Source: Prasinococcaceae sp. CCMP 1430
Taxonomy: Eukaryota; Plantae; Prasinodermophyta
Reading direction: 5' to 3'
Length of the DNA: 64,000 nucleotides
NCBI GenBank assembly: GCA_013416795.1
Contig: RQSC01000015.1
Span: 399,255 to 463,254, forward strand
Of this stretch, positions 12,697 through 24,473 are shown one piece after another (the first letter of the stretch is position 1; each line of letters opens with the position of its first letter). Made by a program: the position numbers and the translations under genes. Under the pieces are notes generated by a model. The model had not been told where the DNA came from, did no database searches, and saw nothing but the letters and a program-made list of their open reading frames with translations.

Positions 12697-15600
12697 TCAG
12701 AACGACTGCTGCTGGGCGACGCCGCTGAGCGGGCACGTGCCGAACTCGCCCACCCAGGTGTTGAAGCTGCCCTTGTTCGCGCACGGCAGAATGGCGGGCG
12801 CCCCGGCGAGCGCCACCCGGACCAAGGAGTGGCTCTCCACGGGCGAGCCCGTGATGCAGCATTCGTCGCTGACCGCCTTGCACTCGTGGCACATCGCGGC
12901 CGCCTCGTACGTTTGCGCGCCACAGGACGCGCACGCGCGCGTCGGAAGCACCTGCTCGACCTGCTGCTGCATGCTCATCTCCAAGACTTGGTCGCGCACC
13001 GCCTCGCGGTCGTCCTCGTTCTCGAGGTAGTGTGCCGCCGGAATCGCAAAGTCGAAGGGAATGTCGGTCTGCACGTAGTCGCTGTTGTCGAGCTCAAGCG
13101 CCGATGCGTCGGCGTCCTCGTCGATCGCCTCTGTGATGTCCAAGAAGCGGTTCAAGAAAACGAAGGCGCTCGAGTGGCGCCCCGCCTCCCTGCAGGCCAT
13201 GCCGGCCTCCAGGAACGCCTTGTCCGCGGGGACCTCGCCCACGTATCGCAGGATGGACGTGCGCGCAGACGCCGCGATCGAACGGAGCGCCTGGGCCTTC
13301 GCGGGCTGCTGGGCGGCGCGCGCGGCGGCCACTGCGGCGACGTTCGCCCAGTGCGCGACCTTCAGCTTTTTCTCAAAGTCGGTCAAGTCGTTGGGGTCCG
13401 CCTCGGAGCCGCCGGCCCGCATCGCGCACATCAACGAGTAAAGCATGCCCTTCAGGTGCTCGAGCCCGTCGGTCGATCGACTGGACAGGACCTCGCGCGC
13501 GAGCAGCCGGTACATCTCGTAGTGCGCCGGCTGGGCGGGGCAGCCGTTCTGAGCCAGCGCCGCGCACCCCCCGACGAAGTCCCCGGACTGGCAGCAGTAC
13601 TTGGCGTGCTTGAGCGCATACGCCATTGCCGCCTCGCCGCCCTGCTCCTTGGCCAGCTCGTGCACCTTGTTCCACTGGCCCTGCTGCGCGAGCACCTCGA
13701 TCCCTGCGCTCACGTTGCCCTGCTGCATGAGCGCCCCGGCGTCGCCGACCGCCGCGAGCGCTGCCGCGTGCTGCTCCTCGGCCCAACGCACCAGCTGCGG
13801 CCCGCCTGCCGTCGCCGCGTGCCGCGCGCGCTCCCAGAGCTTGGCGCGCAGGTACGCCTCAACGGCGTCTCTGTGCGCGTCGACGCCCTCGAGCAGCTCG
13901 CCCGCCTGCTCGAAGCGACCGATATCCGACAGCCGCCGCGCACACACCCCGACGACATCGGCCGAACGCTCCGGGGCCTTGTCGATGCTCAACTTGCCCG
14001 CGCGCTCCCACGCCTGCTCGAGGAGGTCAAGATCGGAGCTGTGCTCCTTCGTGATGTCCAGGTAGCAGTCGATGGCGCGCGAGAAATCGCGGCCCCTTTC
14101 CAGCGCTTGCGCTCGTGTCAGCAGCGACGCGGCGCTGGCGCCCGCCGCGCTCGTCCCCCCCCCGCCGCCGCCGCCGCTCGCCATCGATTGCGCGAGCGCG
14201 GTGTGGATTTCGGCCACCATGCTCGGCGCGTAGTCCTCGGCGACGCGAATGGCGTCCTCCCACTTCGACGCATCGCGGAACATGTGCACGGCCATGTCGG
14301 GTCGCTTCCCCTTGAGGAAGAGCTGCTCGGCGCGCGCATGCTCCCCGGCCTCTGCCGCCACTTTGCCCTGCGCCGCGCAGATGTCCGGAATGGAGCCCGG
14401 GTCGTGCGATTCGGCCACGCGCAGCGCGCGATCCCAGTCCTGCTGGTGCACCCACATGTCGATGGCCTCCTTCGGCTTGCTGGCTTTCACGAATTCGCTC
14501 TCCGCCTCGTCGAAGCGCCCGTCGTCCTCGAGCGCCATGGCGTACTTCAGATGCACCTCAGGCAGCTTGTGATTTGCGCCGGCGGCGCGCGTAAGCTCGA
14601 ACGCGTGCATGAACGCGCCGCTTTCCACCGCGTAGTCGATGGCACTCTCCATGAGTCCAAACTTGGTCAGCAGCTTGGCGCCCTCCTCGCCGCCTAGCGA
14701 CACCGCCCACGCGTACGCCACCTGCTTGGACGCGCTTGCGCCGCCGTAGGCCTTGGCAACCCGGATGGCGTCGTCCCACCGGTCGTGCGTGCGGTACATC
14801 TGCACCACGCCCTTCCACTCCTGCGCCTCCAGGAAGTGGTGCTCGGCTTGCTTGAGGTCGCCCTCGCCCTCGAGCTGCTGCGCGAGGTGCAGGTGCGTCT
14901 CCGTGAGCAGGTCCTTGCGGTAGGTGCCCACCAGGCGCACCATTTGATCGTACATCTTCGCCTTCTTGTACATGTTGATCGCCATATCCTGCTGCTTGAC
15001 CGCGAGGTACATGCGCTCCGCCTCCTTGTAGCGCGCTGCGGCCTCGAGCTCGCGCGCGCGCCGCGAGTAGATGACGGACGCCTCGGAGTCACTCATATGG
15101 TGCACGGCCACGCGGTGCGCGGCGTCCCAGCGGTCGGCGCGCGTGTACATCTCCACGGCGTCAGCGGGCGCGCCGCAGCGCACGTAGTACCGCTCGGCGT
15201 CCTCGTACTGCTTGGACGCCTCGTAATGTCCGGCGATGCGCGCGAAGAAGGGTGTCGACACCTCAGCCGGCTGCTGCTCGGCAATGGCCGCCGCCTTCGC
15301 CCACTGGCGCGCCTCCAGCGCCGCCTCGATGGCCTTGATGCTCTGGCCGGCCTCGATGTAGTGCGACACGGCCTCGTCGGCGTGGCGCTGGCTCATCAGC
15401 CAGTCGGCCCACTCGTCCTCGAGCGAGACCACGTCCTCCGGGGACGTGCGGCGGCACAGCTCCACCACCTGCCGGTAGCACCGCCCCTCGCGATAGGCGC
15501 GCGCCGCGCGCCGCTCGTCCCCGAGCTCCTCGAAGAAACGGCCCGCGCGCTCGTGCATGCCCGCGGAGAGCAGGTTGGCGGCCACGTTCTCCAGCAGCTC

Positions 15601-18045
15601 GGAGGGGTACTGTCCGCTGGGGTTTTCCGCCACGGCCTGCGCTGCGCGGCCGGGCATGCCGGCCTTGAGGTACAGCGAGATGGCAGCGACGACGTCGCCC
15701 TCGGCCTCCTTGATCTCGCCGGCGCCCTCCTCTTGCCTGGTGTTCAAGAGCCACTGGTAGTGGGCGCGCTTGAGGCCCTTGAAGTCGGGGTGCGCCTTGG
15801 CGTCGGCCACATCGATGGCGTCCTTCCAGCGCTGCGCCTCGGTGTACATCTGGATGCACTCGTTGACCTTGCCTTGCTCCAGCAGGACGGCCTCGGCCAC
15901 CTTCCACTGCTTGTTGAGCACGGCGAGTCTGGCGCGCACGCCGGCGGCATCCATGCCGTCGCCGCCGAACTCGGCGGCGTGCGCGGAGGCCGCGGCGCGG
16001 GTTTCGCCGACGTACTTGGCCTTCGCCATGTCGCCTATAGCCGCAAAGCACTGCTCCGCCACTGGCAGGTGCTTTGACTCGAGGGCCATCTCGCTGAGCT
16101 TGAGCCACATGCCCTCTGTCTCCGCGTTCAGCTCGAGGGGCTCGAGCATGTTGATGGCGCGGTAGTAGTCCTTTCCCTCGACGGCGCTGCCGAACTCGAT
16201 CAGCGCCTCGTCCAGGGCGTAGCTCACGCTCTGAATGGACTCGTCGACGATCACCTCCGTGCGCCCACCCGCGCGCTCGATGTCGACCACCTCGCCGCGA
16301 ATCGGGAAGACGGTCTTGGACTCGGGGGTCGCCACCGAGTACCACACGCACAGGTTGCCGCGGTTCTGCGCGACCACCACGTCCGAGTCGGGCACCCACT
16401 GGACGTAGCTGACGTAGTTGAGCAGCGTGTGGCGCTCCTGGTCGCGCAGGCCGTACATGTACAGCTGGCGGCGCTTGTCGCGGAACAGCAGATGCGAGCC
16501 GCGCGGGTTGAGCTCGAGCCAGTCGATGCGACTCTCGTTGTGAACGGTGGCGACCGTGGTGCCTGACACGAAGTCCTGGATCAGGATCGTGTGCGCGTCG
16601 ATGAGGTACGCGATCATCTTGGTGTCCGGGTTGCCGCCGTGCCCCTTGCTCAGGCGCACGCTGATCAGGAAGGGGCTCATGTGCTCGGTGCGGCAGGTGC
16701 CGAGCATCTCGCTCTCCCCGTACTCGAGCAGGCAGAGCTCGCCAGCGTTGTAGATCATGCACACCGCGGGGTTGTCGAAATAGAACTTCTCGGAGCCGGT
16801 CACCGCCCACTCGATCTCGCTCAGCTTGCAGCTCTCCAGATCGCCGAGCAGCAGGGTGGCGGGCGTCTGGGCGACGATGTATTGGTCAGGTCGCTGGGGG
16901 GCTGGCCCCTCCTCGCTGGGCTTCGAGTCGGAGTAGATGTTGATGCGCTGCACTTCGTAGCCGAGGTGCGACTTGAGCACGATGCGGCGACCGGTGCTCA
17001 GCCTCTTCACAATGACCTGCGAAGGGCTCACGTACGTGAACTCGAAGCGCCCCTGGTAGATGTGCCGGCGGGTGCCGGCGTCAAAGAGCTCGACGCCGCC
17101 GCGGAGGCCGCCCACGGCGAGGCGGCTGCCATCCGGGCGCCAGGTCATCGCGCTGATTGTGTACATGTTCTCGAGCACCTTGGAGCTCGCCTCGGACCAC
17201 TGAGTGGCGTGCCCGCCGCCCGCGGAGCTGCGCGTGAACACGTAGAACTTGTCGAACGAGCCCGCGACGGCCGCGTGCCCGGTCGGGTTGAAAGCCGCGC
17301 TCCCGAACTCCGACGAGCCGGCAGGCTCGTTCGAGTAGTCGAAGGTGCTCAGCCGGGACCCTGAGGCCGTGTCGTAGAAGCTGACCTTGCCGTCGGCGCC
17401 CGCAGCGAGCACAGACGCGCCGCACGAGAGCGCGTACGGCGCGCACGAGTGCTGGAAGAGCTTGACCTCGCGCCCGCCCCCGTCCTCGAAGCTCAGGCGC
17501 AACACGGAGCCGTCGAGGTGACCGGAGAGGACGGCCGTGCCACCGTTGCTGGAGCACATGCTCACCACCGAGGAGCCGCCCGGGTGCTTGTAGAGCGAGT
17601 CCGACTTGTTCGTGCGCAGGGCGCCCATGCGCACCTTGCCATCGGCGCCGCCGAAGATGACCTCGTACGGCTTCGCCGTGAGCCACGCCGCGGCGGTCAC
17701 CGCGACGCTGCACTTGAACTTGTTGCAGATCGACTTCTTGTCCCCCCACCTCTCGCCGAGCTTGTAGATGAAGGCGATGTTATCACTCTGTGCCACGAGC
17801 AGCTTGGTGCTGTCTGGCGAGAACGCGAGCCCGCGAACGACGTACGTGCGCGGCCCCTCGGCCTCGCGCGGCTTGGTGCCGAACTTGTCGCGCCGCTCGC
17901 CGGCGGGGTCGTCGAAGAGGTGAATGACGCGGTCGGACGTGGCCACCGCCAGGCGCATCGAGTTGGGCGACCACGCCACCGCCGTCACCTTGTTGGATCC
18001 GTCCGAGCTCGGGGCGAGCGCGCCCTTGGCATGGCGCAGCTGCAT
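12697..18045 (-). CDS. IFT172: Intraflagellar transport protein 172 (WD40 + TPR), single exon, about 1782 aa
   Basis: MQLRH start, WSPNSMRLAV, RDKFGTKP, WGDKKSICNKF, YEFTYVSPSQVIVK-like segment, TEHMSPFLISVR, and C-terminal ADKAFLEAG / AFVFLNRFLD. The ATG is placed at 18045 by family length, not at the ORF-track start. Confidence 0.93.
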   Translation of the reverse strand: MQLRHAKGALAPSSDGSNKVTAVAWSPNSMRLAVATSDRVIHLFDDPAGERRDKFGTKPREAEGPRTYVVRGLAFSPDSTKLLVAQSDNIAFIYKLGERWGDKKSICNKFKCSVAVTAAAWLTAKPYEVIFGGADGKVRMGALRTNKSDSLYKHPGGSSVVSMCSSNGGTAVLSGHLDGSVLRLSFEDGGGREVKLFQHSCAPYALSCGASVLAAGADGKVSFYDTASGSRLSTFDYSNEPAGSSEFGSAAFNPTGHAAVAGSFDKFYVFTRSSAGGGHATQWSEASSKVLENMYTISAMTWRPDGSRLAVGGLRGGVELFDAGTRRHIYQGRFEFTYVSPSQVIVKRLSTGRRIVLKSHLGYEVQRINIYSDSKPSEEGPAPQRPDQYIVAQTPATLLLGDLESCKLSEIEWAVTGSEKFYFDNPAVCMIYNAGELCLLEYGESEMLGTCRTEHMSPFLISVRLSKGHGGNPDTKMIAYLIDAHTILIQDFVSGTTVATVHNESRIDWLELNPRGSHLLFRDKRRQLYMYGLRDQERHTLLNYVSYVQWVPDSDVVVAQNRGNLCVWYSVATPESKTVFPIRGEVVDIERAGGRTEVIVDESIQSVSYALDEALIEFGSAVEGKDYYRAINMLEPLELNAETEGMWLKLSEMALESKHLPVAEQCFAAIGDMAKAKYVGETRAAASAHAAEFGGDGMDAAGVRARLAVLNKQWKVAEAVLLEQGKVNECIQMYTEAQRWKDAIDVADAKAHPDFKGLKRAHYQWLLNTRQEEGAGEIKEAEGDVVAAISLYLKAGMPGRAAQAVAENPSGQYPSELLENVAANLLSAGMHERAGRFFEELGDERRAARAYREGRCYRQVVELCRRTSPEDVVSLEDEWADWLMSQRHADEAVSHYIEAGQSIKAIEAALEARQWAKAAAIAEQQPAEVSTPFFARIAGHYEASKQYEDAERYYVRCGAPADAVEMYTRADRWDAAHRVAVHHMSDSEASVIYSRRARELEAAARYKEAERMYLAVKQQDMAINMYKKAKMYDQMVRLVGTYRKDLLTETHLHLAQQLEGEGDLKQAEHHFLEAQEWKGVVQMYRTHDRWDDAIRVAKAYGGASASKQVAYAWAVSLGGEEGAKLLTKFGLMESAIDYAVESGAFMHAFELTRAAGANHKLPEVHLKYAMALEDDGRFDEAESEFVKASKPKEAIDMWVHQQDWDRALRVAESHDPGSIPDICAAQGKVAAEAGEHARAEQLFLKGKRPDMAVHMFRDASKWEDAIRVAEDYAPSMVAEIHTALAQSMASGGGGGGGTSAAGASAASLLTRAQALERGRDFSRAIDCYLDITKEHSSDLDLLEQAWERAGKLSIDKAPERSADVVGVCARRLSDIGRFEQAGELLEGVDAHRDAVEAYLRAKLWERARHAATAGGPQLVRWAEEQHAAALAAVGDAGALMQQGNVSAGIEVLAQQGQWNKVHELAKEQGGEAAMAYALKHAKYCCQSGDFVGGCAALAQNGCPAQPAHYEMYRLLAREVLSSRSTDGLEHLKGMLYSLMCAMRAGGSEADPNDLTDFEKKLKVAHWANVAAVAAARAAQQPAKAQALRSIAASARTSILRYVGEVPADKAFLEAGMACREAGRHSSAFVFLNRFLDITEAIDEDADASALELDNSDYVQTDIPFDFAIPAAHYLENEDDREAVRDQVLEMSMQQQVEQVLPTRACASCGAQTYEAAAMCHECKAVSDECCITGSPVESHSLVRVALAGAPAILPCANKGSFNTWVGEFGTCPLSGVAQQQSF

Positions 18046-19088
18046 GGCGCCCCCTGCCTCGCGCGCCTCGGCAGCCGGCCGCGCCCGCGTGCGGGGTGAC
18101 GCGCGTCGCGCCGGGCACCCGGGCCGGGTCGCGCCCTGTGGCGCGGCCCCGCGGACGCGGCCGTGGACCCGCTCGCCCGCACGCCCGCACGCCTCGCCTC
18201 GCTTGGTCCCCCTCCTCCCCCGCGCCCGCGCATCCGCCGGCCGCGCCCCTCGCGCCCGACCAGAGCTCTCCGGTCCGTTGCGGTGCGGTCCGACCGCCGA
18301 GTGCGGCCGCGGGTGCGTTTCGAACTCTCGGTCGGTCGTCGGTCGGGTGGCCGGCTCTGGGAACCGGGGTCGTCGGCCGGTTCCCCGACCACCGCCAGGG
18401 AAGAATTCGAAAAGCGAGCGGGCGCGCGCGCGGCCGGATCCGACCGACCGAGGCGGCACTCCCATGCCGCTCTCTGCAACGACGCCCAGCCGCGGCCGTT
18501 TGACCGGCCGGCGGCGCGGCGCACGCGGAACGCGGGCGACCCACCTGCCGGACCGGCCGGCAGGCCTGGGCCGGGCGCATTTCCTCGCTCCCTCCCGGAT
18601 CGACTGCCGACATCACGATCGGTCGTCGGTCGGTGTGTAGGCGACTCCGTCAGTCAGTTGGTCAGTCCGCGTCCCCTGCGTGCCTGCCTGGCTGGCTGGC
18701 GGCTGGCTGGCTGGGACGAGGAAACCCTCAGTGATTGGAACCTGAACCCTGGCCATCCCTGTCGTGCGTGCGCACCGCACAGGCAGGACGAAAGCGGCAG
18801 AGCGCGCTCGATCGAGCGCGGTCCGCGCAGCGAAGGTGAGCGCCTTCGGTCCGGTTTGAATCCGAGCGGAGGCGGCGTGGTTCCCCGACATCGTGAGTGC
18901 ACGGTCGGACGCTCGCAGCAGATCGCGCGCGGCGACCGCGGGCGGCGGGGCCGCCCGCCCGCGGCTGGTGGGCCGCATCAGGCCGCACAGCGCCGTCGCG
19001 CGGCGCGGCGGCCGGCTGCCGCTGGAGCACGCGGCCCGCCGCCCTCGGCCGCCGCCTCGCAGTCGCGCGTGCGCTCAGCGTGAGAGAC

Positions 19089-21759
19089 ATGGCGGGGGGA
19101 AGGGAGGACGAGTACGGCGGGTACTCGGACGACGACTTCGAGGAGGAGTATTCGGACGACGACTTCGAGGAGGACGACGGCGATGATGCCGCCGTGGCTG
19201 CCGCGCCTGCGGCGCCAGCTCCGGCCGAGTCCGTCAGTGAGCTCGCCGAGGCGATGGCAGCGGAGAACGCCCGAGCGAAGGAGCGCGCGCTCGAGACGCA
19301 GCAGCGGCAGCAGCAGCAGCAGCCGCAGCAGCAAGGGCAGCGACGCTCGCAGCACCTGTATCAGCCCAACATGGCATACGCGCGCGCGCAACAGGAGCAG
19401 GCGCTGGCAAAGCCGCTGCCTCCTCGCGCAGCGGAGCGCTCGGAGGTTGCGCTGCCCGCGCAGCGTGTCGTCAAGGGCCTCCCAGGCAGCGGCGGAGGCT
19501 CCTCGGCCGGCCCCGTGAGCGACGCGTCGCGGGCGGCAGCGCGGCGTGTGGCAGCGCGCTGGGCAGCGCTCGCCTCGGGCGGCCGACTGCCGCAGCTCGA
19601 GCTTTCGCCCCACGCGGAGGTGTTTGCGTTGGCGCCGCGCTCCGAGGCGGAGCTTGCCGCGCGTGGCAAGGGCGTGTACGCGCAGCGGCGCCCGGCAGGG
19701 ACACAGACCAACGAAGAGGCGTGCGCGCCAGCCGAAAGAGAGGGAACCAATCGGCAAGCACGCCTCGGGCGCGAGTCGCAGACAGAGGACGTGCAGACGG
19801 CCACTGCGGTGGCGCAGGTACCTGAGGATGCGAGCGTCAAGACCGAGGCAGGCGCGCTCGGTACGCGATCGCCCGCGCGCGCCAGCGCCCGCGCGCCTCC
19901 CCTGTGGTCGATGCGTTCGCGCAGCGCTTCGACGAGTCCCCGCGGCCTGCGCACGCTCGTGCTGACGCGCGCTCCGCACGCGCATCCGCGCAGTGGATCC
20001 CAATGCAGTGGCGGATCGCTCGGCGCTCTCTCGTGGCTCTGGACGCGATGGCAAGAGCGGCGCAGACGCGCGCCCGCGGGCGACGCTGGGCTCGCTGGCG
20101 GGCCGCGGCGCGCAGCAAATGCTGCGCCTGAGCGCCTTCCTGCGACGCGCGGGACGCGCGGTGGAGGCGCTGCTGGAGGAGGGCGCCGGCACAGGCTCGG
20201 GTCAGGCGCTGGTTGTCGCCGGCGATGTTGGAAGGAGCGGGGTTTTCAAAATGGGCGCGAAAGGCAGTCTGTCGGCTGCGTGCGCCACGCTGCGCTGTGC
20301 TCCAGATGCGCTCGCGGGCGCGAGGCGCGTGACCGACGTCGCGTACGACTCGCACGGAGGGGCGTTGCTCGTCGCATATAGCAGAGGGAGCGCCGGTGCG
20401 CCTTTCCTCCCCGGTGCTGTGCCCTCTCACATGGGGGCGGCCGCCGTGTGGGAGCTTCGCCGCCCGAGCGCACCCGCCCACCTCCTCTGCACGCAGGGCA
20501 GCCCGACGTGCGCGTGCTGGGGCAGCGGCGCGCAGGACCAACTTGCGTTCGCCGGCACAGACGCGGGCTCGGTGGTGGTGTGGGACACGCGAGGTAGCCG
20601 AGGCAGGGGCAGGGGCGGCGGCAAGGGTGCTCGCAACGGTGGCAAGGCTGCTTCCGGCACGGCCTCGCAGCCGGTGTACGTGTCTGACTTCGACCAGTCG
20701 CGCAATCACGGCGGCGCCGTAGTCGCGGTCGCCGCGGCGACGTGGGGCGCCGGCGCGGGGGAGGCCGCCGGTGGCGGCGGCCTGCCTGGCGGTTCGTTTG
20801 CCATCGAAGCGGAGGGGGGTCGGGCCGGCGCCGGCGCAAGCACCGGCGCTGCAGGGGCGGGCGAGGCGGGCCCGGGTGGCCTGCATCTGGTGACGCTTGA
20901 CGAGCGCTCGGTGGCACACGTGTGGTCCGTGTCGGATGTAGTGCCTGACGAGGAGGCATCGGGATTTGCCGATGACTTTGGCCTGCAGCCGGGTGGTACG
21001 GCGCGGCTGGTGCGCGCGGCGACCGTGGATCTCATGCGCGGCAAACGCGCCGGGAGCCGCATGTCTACGGAGACGACGTCAGCCGTGTCGGCTTTGAATC
21101 GTCGACGCACATACGCCCTCGCGCTGTCGCCCGCCGACGCCAACGATTTCGTGGTGGCGTCGGACGGCGGCGTCCTTCTGCGCGGTGCGCAGTACGGCGC
21201 CCCGCCGCCTCCGCGCGCTTACGGACCTGCCACCTCTGCCACCGGCGCTGCTGGTGCCAGCAACGGAGCCGGCGCGAGCGGGGACGTGACCGCCGTGTCG
21301 TTCTGCCCGGCGATGGCATCGCTCTTCGCGGCGGGGTGTTCGGACGGCCGCGTTGCGCTGTACTCCAAGCGCGGCTCGGAGCCCGTGCGGGAGTGGGGAG
21401 ACATCACGCGCGGAGCGCGCGTGACGGGCGTCGCATGGCTGCCCACGCGCCCGGCGTGCTTCGTCGTGCTGGACGCCGAGGGCTTCACGCACCTCATGAG
21501 CCTCACGGACGATCCAGGCGGTCCCATTTGCTCGGAGCGCCTGGGCGCCGCCGACACCGCCGCCGAGGGCGACGCCGCGAGCGCGACGTGCGTGCGATCG
21601 TCCGCCGACGGCTCCGGTGGCAGCATGCTGGCCGTGGGATACGACGATGGGCGCGTGGATGTGCACCTCGTGGCGCCCGCATTTGCCTCGAGCAGCAGCG
21701 TGGACCTCGAGGTCGAAGTGCTCGAGTCACTCGTGGAGGGCACGGCCGAGCCGCTCTAG
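19089..21759 (+). CDS. WDR60/FAP163-like dynein-2 intermediate chain (WD40); exons 19089..19860 and 19994..21759
   Basis: Acidic N-terminus YSDDDFEE, QTNEE...QTED motifs, LSAFLRRAGRAVEALLEE, then WD repeats (VWELRRPSAPAHLL, AGTDAGSVVVWD, VTAVSF.P). GTACGC-CAG intron 19861..19993 gives a phase 1 join. Confidence 0.7.
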
Positions 21760-21884
21760 AGGCGCGACGGCTACGCCGCGCGCGCCCCACGCGCGCGCGC
21801 AACGGCGCTGCGGCGGCGGTGTAAGATGCTGAGTATTATGCTGCGTGCGTTCGGGCGCCGCCCGCCGGGCCGCGCCGCGTCCAC

Positions 21885-22959
21885 CTAGGCGGAGATTTTG
21901 GGCGCGGCCTTGGGCACGCCCATGATGTCGCGGGAGTGCTCGTAGACGACGAAGGCGATGCCGATGGAGGGCCCGACTTTCAAAAAGTTTGGCACGATTC
22001 CCTTCCACAGCGCCGCGACCCCCTCCTCCTTGACGGTGCGCTTGAAGGCGTCCATCATGGACATGTACGCGACCTGCCGCTTCGGGGCCGCCCCGGCCGC
22101 CGCCGCGCCCCCGCCCCGGCCGGACTTCGCGGCGGCCTCCGTCAGGATGGTCTGCTCGGCGGTGTTGCCCTTCCAGCCCTCGACTTGCATTCGTCTCCTC
22201 GCGACGTCGAACGGGTACGCGAAGGTTTGGCCGACGCATCCCGCGAACGTTCCGGCCGCGAGCTTCATCCCCGTGCTGAGCTCGTTCTCAGTCTGGAGGC
22301 CGTAGTGCAGGCACGCCTCGTGCTTGAGGGTTTCGTAGACGCCGAAGTTCATCCCCGCGTACGGGATGACGCCGATGACGCTCGGCAGCCACCCCTTGAA
22401 GAGCGCCCGCACGCCCTCCTCGCGCGCGACGCTCACGAACGCGTGCCCCATGCCGCGGTACAGCGAGCCGCCCGTTTCCGTCTGCACGCTCAGGCGGCCG
22501 CGCACCATGTCCAGCGGGTACGTGCTGCTCATGGCGACGATCCCCGCCGCGGCCCCCGCGACCAGGCGCAGCGCCGGCGTCATTTTTTCCTCCGCACCGG
22601 AGTAGCGCTGGTACGCGTGGATGAGGTCCTTGGCCTCCTCGAACGCGTAGAACTTGAGCGCGCTGTTGGGAAAGATGCGGATGCAGTTGGCGCCGTTCCC
22701 GCGGAAGTACCCCTTGAGGCCCTCTTTCTGGCCGATGGTCACGAGCGCGGACCACACCGAGGGCGGCTTGGTGTGCTGCACCTGGTAGAGGATTTTGAGG
22801 CGCTCGAGCGGCGCGACCGCGGTGCGCGACAGCGCGCCCGCCAGGCCGCCCGCGAAGAGGCTCCGCGTGACGGCGCTCGCCGACTTGTCCGCCCCCCCGG
22901 CCGCCGCCGCGTTGCCCTCTGCCGCCGAGGCGGCCGCAAGGCGCGTGGGCGACGCGTGC
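21885..22959 (-). CDS. Mitochondrial carrier (SLC25; ADNT1-like adenine nucleotide carrier), 5' end in gap
   Basis: Three Px[DE]xx[KR]x[KR] signatures: PLERLKI, PLDMVRGR, PFDVARRR. Also GYFRGNGANC and LFKGWLPSV. Confidence 0.9.
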
Positions 22960-24031
22960 NNNNNNNNNNNNNNNNNNNNNNNNNNNNNNNNNNNNNNNNN
23001 NNNNNNNNNNNNNNNNGTCCGCCTGTGGCGCCGCCGCGCGGCGGGCGGGCTGGCGCCCGCGCCACGCGCGCGAGCTGCGTGCAGGCGGATAATAAATCAA
23101 AATCTAAATCTGGGCCGGCAGCGCGCAACGGCGCGGGGTTTTGGTGCGCGATTGGTGCGTCCAATTGGTTGTAGTCAGCTGACCCGATTCTCGATCGATC
23201 GGGACGGTATCGATCGATGGGGCGCTTGCGGGGCTGGGTGGGTGCCCGCCGATGGCGATGTTTGTTTGAACAAGTTTGGGTTTTTTTTTGCCTCCGTCGA
23301 TGGACCGACCGAGGGCGGGAACACACACAAATCGGCCGGCGAGCCATCGTGGAGCGTCGATCCCCCGGCATGCGTCGTGAACCCTCGTTTGCACCCCCGG
23401 TCAAAGACCGTTTCTTTGGGTGGGTGGTCGGCCCGGGCGGGTCCCCCCTCCCCCACCCGCCCTCGCACGCCTGCCTGCCACCTCAGCGCGCTCCGGTGCT
23501 GCGGGGGGAGGGGATGTGGGGGGGGGNNNNNNNNNNNNNNNNNNNNNNNNNNNNNNNNNNNNNNNNNNNNNNNNNNNNNNNNNNNNNNNNNNNNNNNNNN
23601 NNNNNNNNNNNNNNNNNNNNNNNNNNNNNNNNNNNNNNNNNNNNNNNNNNNNNNNNNNNNNNNNNNNNNNNNNNNNNNNNNNNNNNNNNNNNNNNNNNNN
23701 NNNNNNNNNNNNNNNNNNNNNNNNNNNNNNNNNNNNNNNNNNNNNNNNNNNNNNNNNNNNNNNNNNNNNNNNNNNNNNNNNNNNNNNNNNNNNNNNNNNN
23801 NNNNNNNNNNNNNNNNNNNNNNNNNNNNNNNNNNNNNNNNNNNNNNNNNNNNNNNNNNNNNNNNNNNNNNNNNNNNNNNNNNNNNNNNNNNNNNNNNNNN
23901 NNNNNNNNNNNNNNNNNNNNNNNNNNNNNNNNNNNNNNNNNNNNNNNNNNNNNNNNNNNNNNNNNNNNNNNNNNNNNNNNNNNNNNNNNNNNNNNNNNNN
24001 NNNNNNNNNNNNNNNNNNNNNNNNNNNNNGC

Positions 24032-24181
24032 GGAGCTATTAAAATTAATAACTCTCAAACGCACCTTAGTTGGGATGATCAAACCAATAAAGGAACGGTT
24101 TTAGGATTTGCAGCACGCTCTTCAGTGTTATTAAATATTAATGAGCTTTTAGTTGTTGAATTTTATTCACGTAAACTATAA
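24032..24181 (+). pseudogene. rps4: Plastid-type ribosomal protein S4, 3' fragment (part of plastid DNA insert)
   Basis: AT-rich sequence encoding ...LNINELLVVEFYSRKL*, the conserved S4 C-terminal motif. Truncated by the N gap. Confidence 0.8.
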
Positions 24182-24193
24182 AAATGATTTTTT

Positions 24194-24229
24194 TTTAAGG
24201 TACATTAAAGTAATTTAATGTATCTTAAA
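24194..24229. terminator. Plastid-type 3' stem-loop after rps4 (16-bp stem with one G-T pair, GTAA loop)
   Basis: tttaaggtacattaaa-gtaa-tttaatgtatcttaaa, read directly. Confidence 0.55.
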
Positions 24230-24253
24230 TTAATAAAATTTATTAAATTAAAA

Positions 24254-24293
24254 AAATACTTAGTGTTTTGATAAGTCAAAACACTAAGTATTT
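24254..24293. terminator. Perfect 18-bp hairpin between convergent rps4 and psbJ
   Basis: aaatacttagtgttttga-taag-tcaaaacactaagtattt, read directly. Typical of plastid 3' UTR stem-loops. Confidence 0.7.
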
Positions 24294-24344
24294 GTCCACG
24301 AATAGTCTAGGGTCAAAAAACGTTTACACCTAAATAATATAGAT

Positions 24345-24473
24345 TTATAACGAAGAACCTAGTCCAGTGTACGAACCATAAAAGAAGACACCCGCAAGTG
24401 TAATTGCTGCTAGTCCTGCAGCCGTACCAACAAGCCATAATGGGATTCGTCCCGTTGTACCAGTATTTGCCAT
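24345..24473 (-). CDS. psbJ: Photosystem II protein J (42 aa, intact), plastid-derived; not in ORF track
   Basis: [42 protein letters not shown], with Shine-Dalgarno-like AAGGA just upstream of the ATG. Confidence 0.92.
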   Translation of the reverse strand: MANTGTTGRIPLWLVGTAAGLAAITLAGVFFYGSYTGLGSSL

